Notes: a model not told the origin generated them from the letters alone. Shown: positions 1 through 12,289, counted from the stretch's first letter. The stretch: 64,000 nucleotides of DNA from an uncultured Nitrososphaeraceae archaeon (GCA_963729045.1 CAVSMN010000014.1:32001-96000); one strand, 5' to 3'. Made by a program: numbers and translations.

Positions 1-110
1 GAAAAATTTGACGATTATTTTCCATCTAGAAAGAAAAACTGTATCAAAACATGTACAAACCTGGATGAATCGATTTACATATCAAAATAATTGGGGAAAT
101 ATCTCATTAA
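1..110 (+). mobile_element. 3' remnant of an IS6/IS240-like DDE transposase (partial, frameshifted)
   Basis: Reads EKFDDYFPSRKKNC, then after a shift KHVQTWMNRF. This matches my recollection of the FDDYFPCRKKxCxLxHVxxW C-terminus of Nitrososphaeraceae IS6-like transposases. No clear terminal inverted repeat. Confidence 0.5.
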
Positions 111-169
111 GATGTCTCACCGGCAGGTATGGAAAAGAATAAGTAATAGCTGTCTTTAGGTAACCTGTA

Positions 170-754
170 TTGTTGGCAAAAATCACTATACTTCCTTTAT
201 TCTTGCTTTTTTTTTCTTTTCTTTTCTTTTCTCCGGTAGTCTTGGGACAAACAAATGTGACAAAAACCACCTTTCAAGATCCGCGTACAGGAATTACTCT
301 TCAGTATCCATCGGATTGGAAGGTAACTGATAAAGAATACGCTGATGCGATCTTTGGAGATATGGATGGTATGGATAATGGGTTGAATCAAGATCCTAAA
401 CTTGTTGAACCTATAGTTTTGTTACTCCCAGAATCTCTGGATGGATCTTCATTTTTAATTTTGTCTGAGTTACTTCCTTTCCCCGTGTCCATTGAAAAAT
501 ATACCGAATTAACTAGGAATTCATTACTGTCTGATCCTACAATCAAATTGTCAAATAACCTTCCAATTTCACTCAGTAATATGAGTGGGTTAAAATATAA
601 TGTTACTTCTAAAAGCGATCCGTACTTACAAACACAAATTTTATTTGTTAATGATTCGAATGCGTTTGTAGTAGGCTATACAGTTGGGGAAACTGAAAAA
701 TCGCAAAATATCATGGATATTAACTCTATGGTTGATTCCATAAGAATTGACTAA
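170..754 (+). CDS. Exported PsbP-like protein
   Basis: Signal peptide followed by FQDPRTGITLQYPSDW, a typical PsbP/DcrB-like N-terminal motif. Confidence 0.65.
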   Translation: MLAKITILPLFLLFFSFLFFSPVVLGQTNVTKTTFQDPRTGITLQYPSDWKVTDKEYADAIFGDMDGMDNGLNQDPKLVEPIVLLLPESLDGSSFLILSELLPFPVSIEKYTELTRNSLLSDPTIKLSNNLPISLSNMSGLKYNVTSKSDPYLQTQILFVNDSNAFVVGYTVGETEKSQNIMDINSMVDSIRID

Positions 755-942
755 CAATGTCTTTTCCACTTATTTTTTATCTTAGCAAATTATTTATGGA
801 GAATTGATTCATATTGCATAATTGCCTTCCAAGCTTAAAATCAAACATCATTGCGTTTCAGTATTTCAAAGATATTCGGACAAGGATTCTCTTGCATCAA
901 TCTATGATTTATTCTATCGTTGACAATTTCTGAAATATAAAC

Positions 943-1188
943 ATGCAAAAAATTTTGATATTAGCCGATGATCCGATAAGGACTAAATTAGAAGAAAAAT
1001 TAAGACGGCGGTTTGATGTGGAATCTGTTCCACCTCCTTTAAATGGCATATGTGAAATCAAAATGCGCCTCCGTGGAAACTGGATCACATTATGTAGATT
1101 TTCACCAAATGAAAACTTCCGCGATATAATAACGATGTTTAACGTAAATTATGATTTAAAATCTCGAACAACAAAATCAATGTCATAG
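943..1188 (+). CDS. Small hypothetical protein
   Basis: 81-aa ATG ORF with protein-like composition, preceded by an AT-rich promoter-like stretch. Confidence 0.65.
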   Translation: MQKILILADDPIRTKLEEKLRRRFDVESVPPPLNGICEIKMRLRGNWITLCRFSPNENFRDIITMFNVNYDLKSRTTKSMS

Positions 1189-1403
1189 AAACACAGACGC
1201 CTCTTCTTCTTATTCCTTATTTTCTCTATTATATTTGACCTTTTTGTCTTATCCTTTTATTTACATATACAACATAGTCGTAGCATTTTGTCGATAATCA
1301 AAATAAAAAGGGAATTGAAAAAACTATGAATTACTAAATTCAGGACTCTATGTGATACGCTTGAAATAAATAAAGTACAAAAATATGTTTGCACCTCTAC
1401 TAG

Positions 1404-1637
1404 TTATATGTCCCCATCATCGATTCTAATGATCTTACAATATTTACAATAATATTCGTTCTTTTTTATCAAATCCATTTTTCTATTGCAGCGGTTACAT
1501 CTTGACATTTGTTCTTTTATAATACGATGCTGAATCCTCTTCAAAACAAAGGGGATGATAAAACCTATCATTATGTATCCTACGACGCGTGATAATACGC
1601 CCCTTCTCTGCCTCCCAGAGTTTCCGTATTTTGCCAT
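1404..1637 (-). CDS. Small membrane protein with C-terminal zinc ribbon
   Basis: One TM helix, then CNRC...CKYC. Confidence 0.6.
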   Translation of the reverse strand: MAKYGNSGRQRRGVLSRVVGYIMIGFIIPFVLKRIQHRIIKEQMSRCNRCNRKMDLIKKNEYYCKYCKIIRIDDGDI

Positions 1638-2414
1638 AGTTCGATTTCATGTATATATTAGTAATCGGTATTGAATAATCTTTTGTTTGAGATGAGATTA
1701 AAAATCAGATTGAATATCATGTGAACTTGTTTAATATTGCCTCCGAATCAAACCATAATGCAATTTTATTAATGACACTTGTATTTACAGCCAAAATTAT
1801 AGAATATCCATTCTGAATTATTTAATTATGACATGGAGAACTAGATAGTACTTTATAAAGAAATATGGTAACAAACTTTCTCAAAGCAGGTTAGCGTATG
1901 ATCATGACAATTGTAGTCTGCTCCTTGGTGCAGATTTAGTATGATTATCTAAACCTGTTTCCAATATCATAGTATCCTATTGCTTGTAATAATATAATTA
2001 ATACCAAGAAAATTGAATTTGTCTGGTTATGAAAGAAACTAGATATGGTGGGGTCTAAAATGACAAATTCTGGAATAAAGGTCGCACATTAAGGATTTAT
2101 TAGGTCTAAAATAATTACTTCACTTTCATTCTAAAAAAATTCTAACTCAATCCCTTAATTTCTCTAACTCGGCCTTTCTATTAGGTTAGTATCTTTGGTC
2201 AATAATGGTAAATGGCTCTTTATCAAAAGGATTAGATAAATTATTAATACCATGTTATAAGAAAGCACACACCATGGTCGATATTTGTTTGCTATCTTCA
2301 TGAGTACAACTATACCGAAACTATCTCAATGTCAATTTCTATGTACAATCCTTATCAAACCTATTGATAATAGCGGCTCGGCCTGTATAAGCAATCAAGT
2401 ATGTATATATTAAA

Positions 2415-3092
2415 TTGAAAAGATATATTACTTTGAAAAACTGGTTGGATGATGCTAATTATTACGAAGTCTTGGAGATATCACGATACGCCAATCAGAG
2501 AGATATAAAAAGTGCGTTTAGACGACTTGCAAGGAGATACCATCCCGACAGGAATTCAACAGTTTCTGATGATATAATGAAGAATATTAATATCGCGTTT
2601 GAAATTCTATCCGATCCAGGAAAAAGGCAACAATACGATGAATCTCTTGCTGGTGAGCGTCCAAGAAAATTAGACCGTTCTGATCAAAATCATGAAGATA
2701 ATTCAACTTCTAATCGATATAATTGGAAAGTAGATACTATCTCAGACGACTTGGACCGTCAGACTGGAAGTTACGATAATGAAGTCAACGTAAATTTTGA
2801 AAGTAGATTAAATGCTGAACATGAGGCTGCGTCGTTAGGTAAGGATACTTCTTTATTAGAAAGTCGATATCGTATAATTATAGAGCCGTCACTCTGCTTA
2901 GCATTCGGAAGTTGTGAAACGCTTGCTCCGAAGGTTTTTGTAGTTGAGAAGAATAGACGTATAAATCCAAAAGCGATAGTTATATCAGAAACAGCCGAAG
3001 ATTTTGAAACTATACTTGATGCAGCCAAAACTTGTCCCACTAAGGCAATTTTCATCATTGACAGATATACAGGCGAACGCATTTTTCCATAG
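2415..3092 (+). CDS. J-domain-ferredoxin fusion protein (DnaJ-Fer)
   Basis: N-terminal J domain (NYYEVLE...YHPD...LSDP); C-terminal ferredoxin with CLAFGSC...TCPTKAI. The true start may be ~2445. Confidence 0.9.
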   Translation: MKRYITLKNWLDDANYYEVLEISRYANQRDIKSAFRRLARRYHPDRNSTVSDDIMKNINIAFEILSDPGKRQQYDESLAGERPRKLDRSDQNHEDNSTSNRYNWKVDTISDDLDRQTGSYDNEVNVNFESRLNAEHEAASLGKDTSLLESRYRIIIEPSLCLAFGSCETLAPKVFVVEKNRRINPKAIVISETAEDFETILDAAKTCPTKAIFIIDRYTGERIFP

Positions 3093-3469
3093 TTTCCACA
3101 TAATGAACATCTAGTTCCGCTAAATGATCTTTCTTTTGTCAGTGGTTCTGTGAGTAGAAATAACAATCTGTTTCAGCAAAATCTAATTTATACAAGATAT
3201 TTGATTTCAGGACAAAGTGCCACTACCGTTGGTGATTCCATATGGTTGTTGTGATACATGTTATAACTTATCTCCATGACCACCAGTGAACTTTGCTTTT
3301 CTTGTAGATTTCCTTTAATTTACCTCTGATTGAACTCCAAGTTAATTAACATTATTATTATTTTGCTCATCATAACAGTGAGACTAAATTAGTTCTATCT
3401 CATACTGCAAATAAATTTCATAAAATTATTTATCCTATAAAGTATTAAGGTTGTTGAGGGAGAAGTTCT

Positions 3470-4943
3470 TTGAATGATGCTACTATGACCGGGAGAATTA
3501 CTGCTGAATCTGTCGATCGAGACTTTATGCAAATAAGGTATACTGATCTTATAGGCAAGTTTCTCGCAAAATATATTCAAATCGATAAAGAGTTAATTCA
3601 GGATGTTTTTAGAAAGGGGATAGGGTTGGATGGTTCTTCAGTAATTGGTTTTTCAACTATAGATGAGTCTGATATGATGCTGTTTCCTGATAGAAAAACA
3701 TTAAGAAAAATACCTTTGTCAAGCTATGAAATAATGACTGTTATTGCTGATGTTTACAATGGATTTGATCAAGGTAGATCTCGAAAAGATCCACGGAGCG
3801 TTTCGCAAACTCTTGAGGATCACCTTGCCGTGAGTCAGATTGCGTGTCAAGTAGGTGCTGAGGTTGAATGCTTTGTATTTGATCAAATAATCTTTGATAT
3901 GGAAAAGAATGACCCCGCAAGTAATAATGTAAATGGTCGGAATCGTGCAAAAGATGTTTCAATCCTATCTTCAGAACAATATGGAATTGGGAAATATCCT
4001 ATTCGTAAAAAATCTGGGTATGATGTTCCTACTTTTCAAGACTCTCTGATTGAATTTCGGTTTGAGGTAGCTAATATATTGAAACAATATTATGATATCA
4101 ATGTCACAAATATGAATCACGAAGTGGCTAGTAGTGGCCAAATTGAAATCAATTTTATGCATGATTACTTGACTCAATCCGCCGACAACGTTCAGATTTA
4201 TAAAGATGTAGTCAGAAATGTGGCAAAAAAATACAACAAGATTGCAAATTTCATGCCAAAACCAATTTTTGATCCTCTGAACAATGAAAATAGTGATAAT
4301 GGATCAGGTATGCACGTAAGCATAAGCTTATGGACAAAATCAGCAAATAAGAATGCCAATTTATTTTATGATGAGTCTGATGATTACGCCGAATTGAGCC
4401 AAACTGGGCGATACTTCATAGGCGGTATTTTAGATCATGCTAGATCATTATCTGCAATAGTAACTCCAACCGTAAATTCGTATAAAAGGATTATACCAGG
4501 ATTTGAGGCACCCGTCTATATTGCTTGGGCTAGGGGAAATAGATCTGCTGTAGTTAGACTCCCAGTCAACGAAAAAAAGAGTTCGAACTCAAAAAGAATT
4601 GAGTGACCGGGCACCCGATCCTTCCGCAAATCCCTATCTTGCTTTCTCTGCCATAGTTGCAGCAGGATTGGACGGAATAAATAGAAAAATTGAACCAGGG
4701 AACCCTGTTAGTGAGGACATTTACAAAATGTCTGACTCAAGGAGGAAGGATCTTGGAATAGGTGTTCTACCTGGTAGTTTGGAGGAAGCGTTATCTTCGT
4801 TGAAAAGTGATTCAAATTATCTAAACCTTTGTTTTCACCATGATTTAATCAGTACGTATTCGGATCTTAAAAATAAGGAAATAGTGGAAATAGGTAACGA
4901 TGAATCAGTCATAAATCAATTCATGTTTTACTATGATGTCTAA
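3470..4943 (+). CDS. glnA: Glutamine synthetase type I (frameshift at ~4605)
   Basis: DGSS, HEVASSGQIE, FMPKP, NGSGMH and WARGNRSA motifs. Removing G4605 restores RIEYRAPDPSANPY. Confidence 0.93.
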
Positions 4944-5003
4944 GAATATTATTTCTTTCGTATCTTATATTTCTTTTATCTTATTCTTTTATATCCAATG
5001 CGC

Positions 5004-5222
5004 TCATCTTTTCTGTTCTTTTCTCAATAGGACTAAATCCTCAATATTATTGGGGTTCATATATACTTCTCCCCGTGTAGCCTCTTTGATACCGACAATA
5101 GGTTCATCACATTCTGGACATATTTGAAAATAAACAAAAATACTGGCACTTCTCTTATTTTTTCCAACAAGCGTATTACGCATGTTAGAATGAAATTGGC
5201 TCTGACATGTGGGACATTCCAT
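5004..5222 (-). CDS. Small zinc-ribbon protein
   Basis: CPTC...CPEC in a 72-aa ORF. Confidence 0.7.
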   Translation of the reverse strand: MECPTCQSQFHSNMRNTLVGKNKRSASIFVYFQICPECDEPIVGIKEATRGEVYMNPNNIEDLVLLRKEQKR

Positions 5223-5683
5223 ATTAATATTTTAATTTGAATTGTATATGTACTTTAACATACCCGAGAAATAATTTAGTAGTTGATTGATTAGTGCTAT
5301 TATTAAAAATATGTTGTACTAGATTCTTGACTTTTTTCCCTAACACATCTAACCATCTGAACCTCGTCTTGGCGACCTATTATAGTATCAGAATTGTATG
5401 AAATATTACTGCATAAAATGGATTATGAGGAATATCCACATAATTGGTTGTTTGCTTTCATTCTGTACCTAAAAAACATGTTTATAACATGACTGGGCAA
5501 ATGATGGTGATCAAAGGTTTGACACTAAAAATACTAAACCTGACGAATACATTATACTTAATTTTAGAATATGTGATATGATTGATAAGATAATTTCACT
5601 GTGCGTCTCTCAAAACCGTTCTAGTTACCAAATTTTGTCTTACTTCCGAATCTCGGTTTGAAACTTTATGGTTTTTTGATCGA

Positions 5684-7016
5684 TTGTTTATCCGAACAGT
5701 AATAATACGTCAATCCATGGTTTACTTGTGTATGTCTTCATTCAAGCAAGTATTTTCTCTTCCTGTTACCTCCATAATACTTGCTAGGATCATATATGCA
5801 GTAAATTGGTTTAATATTTCTTCTATTTTTTATCTCATCTTAAATGAATTTAAACAGGATGTTTCGATGTTGGGATTGGTAACTTCTGGATTTCTAATAG
5901 GGATTGGCCTTTTTCAGATTCCAGCTGGAATACTGTCGGCAAGATACGATGCAAAATTTATGATATTTTTTGGAACAATGTTGTTGTCTATATCTTCTCT
6001 TCTTTCAGGGTTGAGTTCAGAGTTATATCAAATGGTAATTCTAAGATTCCTAGTAGGAGTTGGGATGGCGTTTTTCTTTGGTCCTAGCGTTATTCTCATT
6101 TCAAAATATTTGGGTAAAGGATCAGATGGGCTAGGTGTTGGAATTTTAAATTCCGCCCATTCATTGGGTGGAATTATTGGAATATTTGGCTGGATCATCA
6201 TTGCGGAGGCTATTGGTTGGAGGACAAGTCTAGTAATCAGTGGAATCTTGGGAATACTCAGTGGATTGTTCTTGCTATACGCTCTACAGATAAAAAATTA
6301 TGATAGCTCCAATAATCTATCTAATTATTCTTTTCAGGAAAAAGTTTCCATTTTTTTTAAATTCTTTGACCTGAACAAAGAAACCCGCGATCAAAAGTCT
6401 AAATTCACAATTAATTTTGATGCCCTCAAATCTATCATGTTGAATAAACATATGATTTATGTGGGATTATCATTGCTTGGATTTCAAATAGCTTGGAATT
6501 TAGTCTCTACTTTTATCATTCTATTTCTTAGAGTCGAACTTGATATTACCTCTTCAATTGCGGGTCTAATTGGGGGATTAACCTTGATAGTGAATGTTAT
6601 ATTTGCTCCTTTTATTGGTAGAATTTATGATAAATTAACTCGAAAAAATAATTTCAATAATGATATAATATTGTTGCTAATATGTGGAATAGTTATTTCA
6701 GTAAATATCATTTGTTTTTCATATGCTTAATATTTATTTCTTGATCCCTTCAATAATGATAATTGGAATTTTTGCATCAGGAGGATTTGTAATTCCATAT
6801 GCATTGGCAAGGAGATTAGCCTTGGAGAAACTCGGATTGCCTAAATATGAAATTCTTGCTGTTAGTTTTGTTAACGGATTATCTTTACTTGGAGCTTTTT
6901 GGGTTCCATTTGTATTCTCTATCATGGTAAAATCATTTGGTTATTCTTTGGCATGGTTGTTTGGTGGATTATTGGTTTTAGTTTTCATAATTCCAATCAT
7001 AAAACTCCGCAGCTAA
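5684..7016 (+). CDS. MFS transporter (frameshift at ~6722)
   Basis: About 12 TM segments across two overlapping ORFs; motif-A-like GILSARYD and LRFLVGVG. Confidence 0.85.
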
Positions 7017-7164
7017 AGTCATAATCATTCTAGTTTCGAGTTACTTCTCTCAAACAGAATCCTTTTGTGATAATAGGCGGGTTTTTATTGACTATTGTCA
7101 ATTATTTATCAGGAAACATTCTATCCTTTAATCCCACTTTAAACAATTTTGGATCTTCCACTTC

Positions 7165-7557
7165 TCAAGTAATATCTGTGATGAATTTTCCAGGACTCGA
7201 TGAATCATCTAATTCTGTTGGAATATTTTTGTTTAGAAATATTCTATATCCTAACTTGTTGATCATAGAATTCATGTTAGAAGCATCTCGAAGCGTTTTC
7301 CTTTCTATATATGCAAAGTCCTTCTCACAGTTAATATTTAGATCGCTATTTTCTTTAAAATATTTATTCTTGACAAAATTCAATACATCATTCCATGTAT
7401 ATGCCTTTATTCTATCGATTGGTTCCCTAGACTCAGGAACGGTTGTCTCGTCGTTGTATTCAAAAACTTCAAAGTAGTCAATCGACTTGTTACACTCTCC
7501 ACAGTAAGTCTTCTTACTAATTTGTCTACATTTTTCACATTGTAATATTATGGCCAT
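7165..7557 (-). CDS. Hypothetical protein with N-terminal zinc ribbon
   Basis: CEKC...CGEC near the N-terminus; 130 aa. Confidence 0.6.
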   Translation of the reverse strand: MAIILQCEKCRQISKKTYCGECNKSIDYFEVFEYNDETTVPESREPIDRIKAYTWNDVLNFVKNKYFKENSDLNINCEKDFAYIERKTLRDASNMNSMINKLGYRIFLNKNIPTELDDSSSPGKFITDIT

Positions 7558-7955
7558 ATTAGAATATTATCAGATCATGAGCATATTTATTAAATACTTA
7601 CAAATGTGCTATCAGCAGCCACAATATAAGACAAGTATTATTTTACATTGCAAACTATAATTTCTCATCACTATTATCCGTATTTCTAATTGTAAATCAA
7701 AGCCGAAAGGACTGGCAATATCATCTAAAATAAAGCCGAGCTCAAACTCGGGGAATGCCAAGGGTAGTAAAGCATATCCATGCATGTCCCTTGATGATTC
7801 TTTCTTGAACTAACAAATAATATTAATCTCAATGGATCTGGATCTCCCAAAAATTTACTCCTCTCGCTCTGTTGGGATTTCCCAATATTTTTGATTTGTA
7901 GGCAACCAAATTCAAAAATTATTTGTCTTCTATTTCTAATAATGTCATATTCCTG

Positions 7956-9167
7956 TTAGGATGTACCGAAATAATCGGATATTCTGCTATGACTCTTTCT
8001 TGTTTTAATTATACTGCTATTTCCAATCCATTCATTTTTTGATATGGTTAAGTTATTACACGCGAAGGATAGTGCCATGTCCAGTGTATCAAATTTGTTG
8101 CAGTTCATTCTCAAAGCCTCTCTTATTCCCTCTCTTATTTGCCAGACTCCGACAGGGAGAATGTATTCTGGATGTATTTCTCTAAGGACTATTACTGATG
8201 CACTTCTTTTTTGGTAATGCAGAAATTCTATGACAGCTAGCCTAGCAGCAAAATAAGATCCCCCTATTTTTGGATAGTTCTTCAGACCACTTGAATCCTC
8301 GGAATCTGTTTCTATCTTTGCATCTCCTTTTTTGTCTATCCATGCTTCATGCATCTCAAAACTCCATAATTCATCTGGGATTAAGACAATGGAATAATAA
8401 TTCCCCAGGTGAACGTATTTGTAGATCCTAGTCCGATCGAGTGGTTGAAAGGTATTAGTTTTTTTTATCAAGTCAGATGAAATTATTTGATCAATTGCAG
8501 AGATGCTCCATTTGGTCGGTACGAGTCTTCTATTTTTTTTAATTCCAATCATTCCTAAACTTAGGATTTTACTAATTTTACTTATCTCAATTCCTTCTTC
8601 GTATAAATAGTTGATTGCTTCTATGGCTCTAAAATCAAGATCATAAAATGCTTTTTCAATTTTCTTGTTACTAGAAATATTTGAAGGCAGTTTCAAACTC
8701 TCTAATTCTGATGCCATCCCGAATTGGATCGTGTCAGAATCCGATGTCGTCCTTGATGAGATTTCTTCCAAATTCAATTTGGGTTTTCTCTCAAATGTAA
8801 CTTCTATTTCAGTAGATCTAGTTGCCATAGTTAATTCCTGAAGGGATTGAATATAGCGATCAGCATTCAAATTTGTTTTTACATGAGTTGAATGTGTGCC
8901 TCTGATTAGAGATAGTTTGTATCTTATTATATCTTCAATGGACTTTCCTGCCCATTTTTCGGGGTGATCCAGTATTGTCGAATCGGTTTGCAATGGTGAA
9001 AATAGGGGTCCTACTTTTACTTTTGGATATGTGTAACTGCTAACGAACACGGAGGGAGGAGATCCACCTGATATTTTTTCTGAAAGATTATTAAAGTTCG
9101 ATCTTAAGATCTGTTCCCAACCTTCTGTTATGCGTTTTTTTATCTCCTCGGTGTTCTTGCCATGCAT
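7956..9167 (-). CDS. nreA: Nre-family DNA repair protein
   Basis: GGSPPSVFV, YPKVKVGPL, RRLVPTKWSISAID, GGSYFAARLAV and PVGVWQIRE motifs; C-terminal PIP-like SRISDYF. Confidence 0.88.
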   Translation of the reverse strand: MHGKNTEEIKKRITEGWEQILRSNFNNLSEKISGGSPPSVFVSSYTYPKVKVGPLFSPLQTDSTILDHPEKWAGKSIEDIIRYKLSLIRGTHSTHVKTNLNADRYIQSLQELTMATRSTEIEVTFERKPKLNLEEISSRTTSDSDTIQFGMASELESLKLPSNISSNKKIEKAFYDLDFRAIEAINYLYEEGIEISKISKILSLGMIGIKKNRRLVPTKWSISAIDQIISSDLIKKTNTFQPLDRTRIYKYVHLGNYYSIVLIPDELWSFEMHEAWIDKKGDAKIETDSEDSSGLKNYPKIGGSYFAARLAVIEFLHYQKRSASVIVLREIHPEYILPVGVWQIREGIREALRMNCNKFDTLDMALSFACNNLTISKNEWIGNSSIIKTRKSHSRISDYFGTS

Positions 9168-9301
9168 TGCAAATTGAATCTGTTTGTTAATGATCTTATT
9201 TGAATTTACATCCTACAATGATGGAACCAGAGATTGATAGATCAGGAAATTTGGTTAGAATTATGAGGAGACCATTTTGATGTAATTTGAGAGTAATTTT
9301 A

Positions 9302-11180
9302 TTATTTCAATTTTTTGAGTAATTCTGGTACAGGTAATGTATTTAGAATATCATTTCTTCCTGCCCACCCTCTTCTTGCTTGTCCTATACCAAATTCCAA
9401 AAATGCATAATGCAGGGGGTGATGAGCATCTGAATCAACAACTAATTTAACTTCATTCTGTATAGCTGTTCTTATGTATTCATCACGTAAATCTAACCTG
9501 TTATAGTGAGAATCAATTTCCAGAATTGTGTTAGTTTCGTTTGCAATTGTCATTAATTTCGGAATATCCACAGGATAGCCATCTCTTTTATTAATGATTC
9601 TGCCAGTTGGATGAAAGATAATATCTACACTCGGATTTTGGGCTGCTTTAATTAACCTATTTGTTTGTACCTCTATTGGTTGAGAAAAATTAGAATGAAT
9701 TGCAGCACCTACTATGTCTAATTTATCCAAAATGTTGTTTGGAATGTCTAATGAACCGTCGCTAAGGATGTTTACTTCTGCTGAAGAAAGTATTCTAAAG
9801 TCACTCAAATTCCTTTCGCTTTTTTTTCTCTTCTTTTCGTAGTTGCTTGTTTTCCTTTCTAACTGTTTTTCTTCATTATGTTTATTTAGATCCACAAAGA
9901 AAGTACCGCTTTTTATTGAATCATTAAATTCTTGAATCTTATGTGCTTGGTCTAGTAGCTGTTGTTCGTCTAATCCCCTAGCGATTCTTAGGCTTTTTGT
10001 GTGATCTGTGATGGCGATATAATCAAGATTAAAATTCGTCATTGCAAAATATGCCATCTCTTTTATTGACATTTTCCCGTCCGTATTGTTTGAATGTACT
10101 TGTAGATCTCCTTTTATATCACCATACTTTATCAATCCTTTCATTTTTTCCTGCCACTCCTTTGACCCTTTCTTTGCTATCTCGATTTCTCCACTGTTTT
10201 CTCTCAATTCTGGAGGGATCCATTCCAACCCTAATTCATTGTACAACTGTTCTTCTGATTCGCCTGATATTTTTTGATCGGATTTAATATCAAATAATCC
10301 CCATTCATTTAAGCGAAGTGCCTTGGATTGTGCTAATCTTCGCAATGCTATTCCGTGTTCCTTACTTCCGGTAAAATATTGTAATGCTGCTCCATAACTT
10401 TCTTTAGGAACGACCAATAAATCGGAATCTAATCCATTATTAAATTTAATAAATGCTTTAGTACCACCTTTGCTTAGAATTTCTTTAACTTCGGGCATAT
10501 TTACGAATGAATTAATTACTTTATCTGGATTGTCTGAAACTACTAGAAAATCGATATCACCTATGGTTTCCTTCATTCTTCTAAAGGATCCTACTGCTGT
10601 TACAGTAGAAACGTTTTCCAAATTTGTTAAATATTTTTCTATTTGCTTTACCAATGGATAAATATCTCCAAGTAGATGCCTTTTTTTGCCTATGTTGTGT
10701 AATTCAATTCTCCTTAGTATTTTTTCTTCTTTTTTTTTAGAAATTCCTGAAATCCCGTTCAACTTCCCTTCTCTAGCAGCCCTTTCTAAATCACTGAGAT
10801 TTCTTATGGGTAACTTGTCAATTATTACTCTCAAAGTTTTCGGACCTATTCCTTCTAAGCCTACGAAATCATCTATCTTTATGGGGTATTTCGATTTTAG
10901 TATTTCATAATATTCAATCTTGCCTGTTTCAATATATTCTTCTATTTTTGAGGAGATTGCTTTACCAATAGAAGGAATTTGTATTAATCCATTAATCCCT
11001 CTTTCCTCATAAAGAGATGTAATACTTAGCGGAAGGTTATCAATTTGATCAGCTGCTCTAATATATGCTCTATTTTTGAAATTTAAATTAGTCTTGTTAT
11101 CATCATTATCATTATCCAACTCCAGTAGAAATGAAATCTTACGAAGGATATCAGAAATCTCTAGCGTTTGTAAGTTTCAC
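9302..11180 (-). CDS. polX: DNA polymerase X with PHP domain (frameshift near N-terminus, ~11165)
   Basis: HhH repeats, GSFRR..ETIGDIDFL, YFTGSKEH, and PHP motifs HS..TDG, TDH, DSDAH. Upstream GTG at 11180 joins via NLEISDILRKISFLLE after a 1-nt shift. Confidence 0.92.
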
Positions 11181-11485
11181 ACTATAACTCATTCTCGGGT
11201 ATTCATTAATTTTCTCATTGATTTGTTTTGGTGATTGGGTTGATGTTTGAAAGGGGGTGAAACAGTGGACACCAGTAATCAATATTTTTCATTTATTTAT
11301 ATGGCAGTCTTGAATTTTTATATCATATAATTTGATCAAAAAATTATATCATTAAACGATAATATTTATAATATTTATAGATGATACTAAAAGATATGTA
11401 GATCATGTACCAATAAGGTAAGAAATATTGAAAGTTTATTACAAAATATATATATTTAGCTGGACTTATTACAAAAGAATTAGCG

Positions 11486-11644
11486 ATGTTAGTCGAATCC
11501 TTAACCATTGGGATAATCATAGGGGTATGTGGACTTGTGACTTGGTTAGTAAAGAATAAGTTTCAACCAGAAATTGAACGTGATATACAAGAACGTGAGC
11601 AAAAGACTTTGAAATATGCTCGAGAAATACGAAAAAACCCGTAG
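11486..11644 (+). CDS. Small single-pass membrane protein (52 aa, below ORF-track cutoff)
   Basis: MLVESLTIGIIIGVCGLVTWLVKNKFQPEIERDIQERE...; TATATATTTA lies about 30 nt upstream. Confidence 0.55.
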   Translation: MLVESLTIGIIIGVCGLVTWLVKNKFQPEIERDIQEREQKTLKYAREIRKNP

Positions 11645-11692
11645 AAATATTACTACTTTATTACACTAGACATATTCTGGGATTATTGAATA

Positions 11693-12220
11693 TCAATCCA
11701 TGGTTAAAATTTTTTTGGCCTGATTTAGTTTTTCAAATAATTCTTTGATGAACAAATCGGCAAACTTGTCAAAATCAATTGTTCCAAATTGCTTCTTATA
11801 TTCTTCTTTGCGTTTATTATATTCGTCTTCAAGCCATAGAAAATCTGCTTCTTTCAATCTTACAATGAATCTATTAGTTTTAGCTTTGGATTCAAATACA
11901 TTTATCATAAAAATTCCTGCAAATTGTGTAAAATTTTTTAATTTATATTTTCTCATATATTCCTCTTTATGAATTTCATAGTTTTCTTTTAACCATGTTT
12001 TTACATCCATCCTAATTGTCAACGAGGTGTACACTCCGGAAAAGTCTAATTTCAGATTATGCATTTCAACAGAATAATGACCACGTTTGATTTCATTCAT
12101 CATAATTATTAGGGCACTTGGAAGAAACATTCCTGGGTAATATTCATCTGTAGAGTTCTGTAGTTTGTTTAGTATAGATGGTTTTAGCCCGATAGTTGCA
12201 TATCCCTTCGTAGGCATCAT
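11693..12220 (-). CDS. Putative DNA-binding protein with three tandem RHH-like units
   Basis: Internal repeat: YTSLTIRMDVKTWLKENYEIHKEEY..F..FA..F...FE vs FIVRLKEADFLWLEDEYNKRKEEY..F..FA..F...FE. A third, more divergent unit begins KGYATIGLKPSILNKL. Confidence 0.6.
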   Translation of the reverse strand: MMPTKGYATIGLKPSILNKLQNSTDEYYPGMFLPSALIIMMNEIKRGHYSVEMHNLKLDFSGVYTSLTIRMDVKTWLKENYEIHKEEYMRKYKLKNFTQFAGIFMINVFESKAKTNRFIVRLKEADFLWLEDEYNKRKEEYKKQFGTIDFDKFADLFIKELFEKLNQAKKILTMD

Positions 12221-12289
12221 TTTTATTCACTTTAGTATGCTTATTAACTTATTTTGGATGAGGCTAAAAAATAAAATGGTGAATTATTT

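Noticed and set aside
4595..4612. Selenocysteine or programmed frameshift at the TGA in glnA
   Set aside because: The downstream part is in another frame, there is no slippery site, and deleting one G restores the canonical RIEYRAPD.
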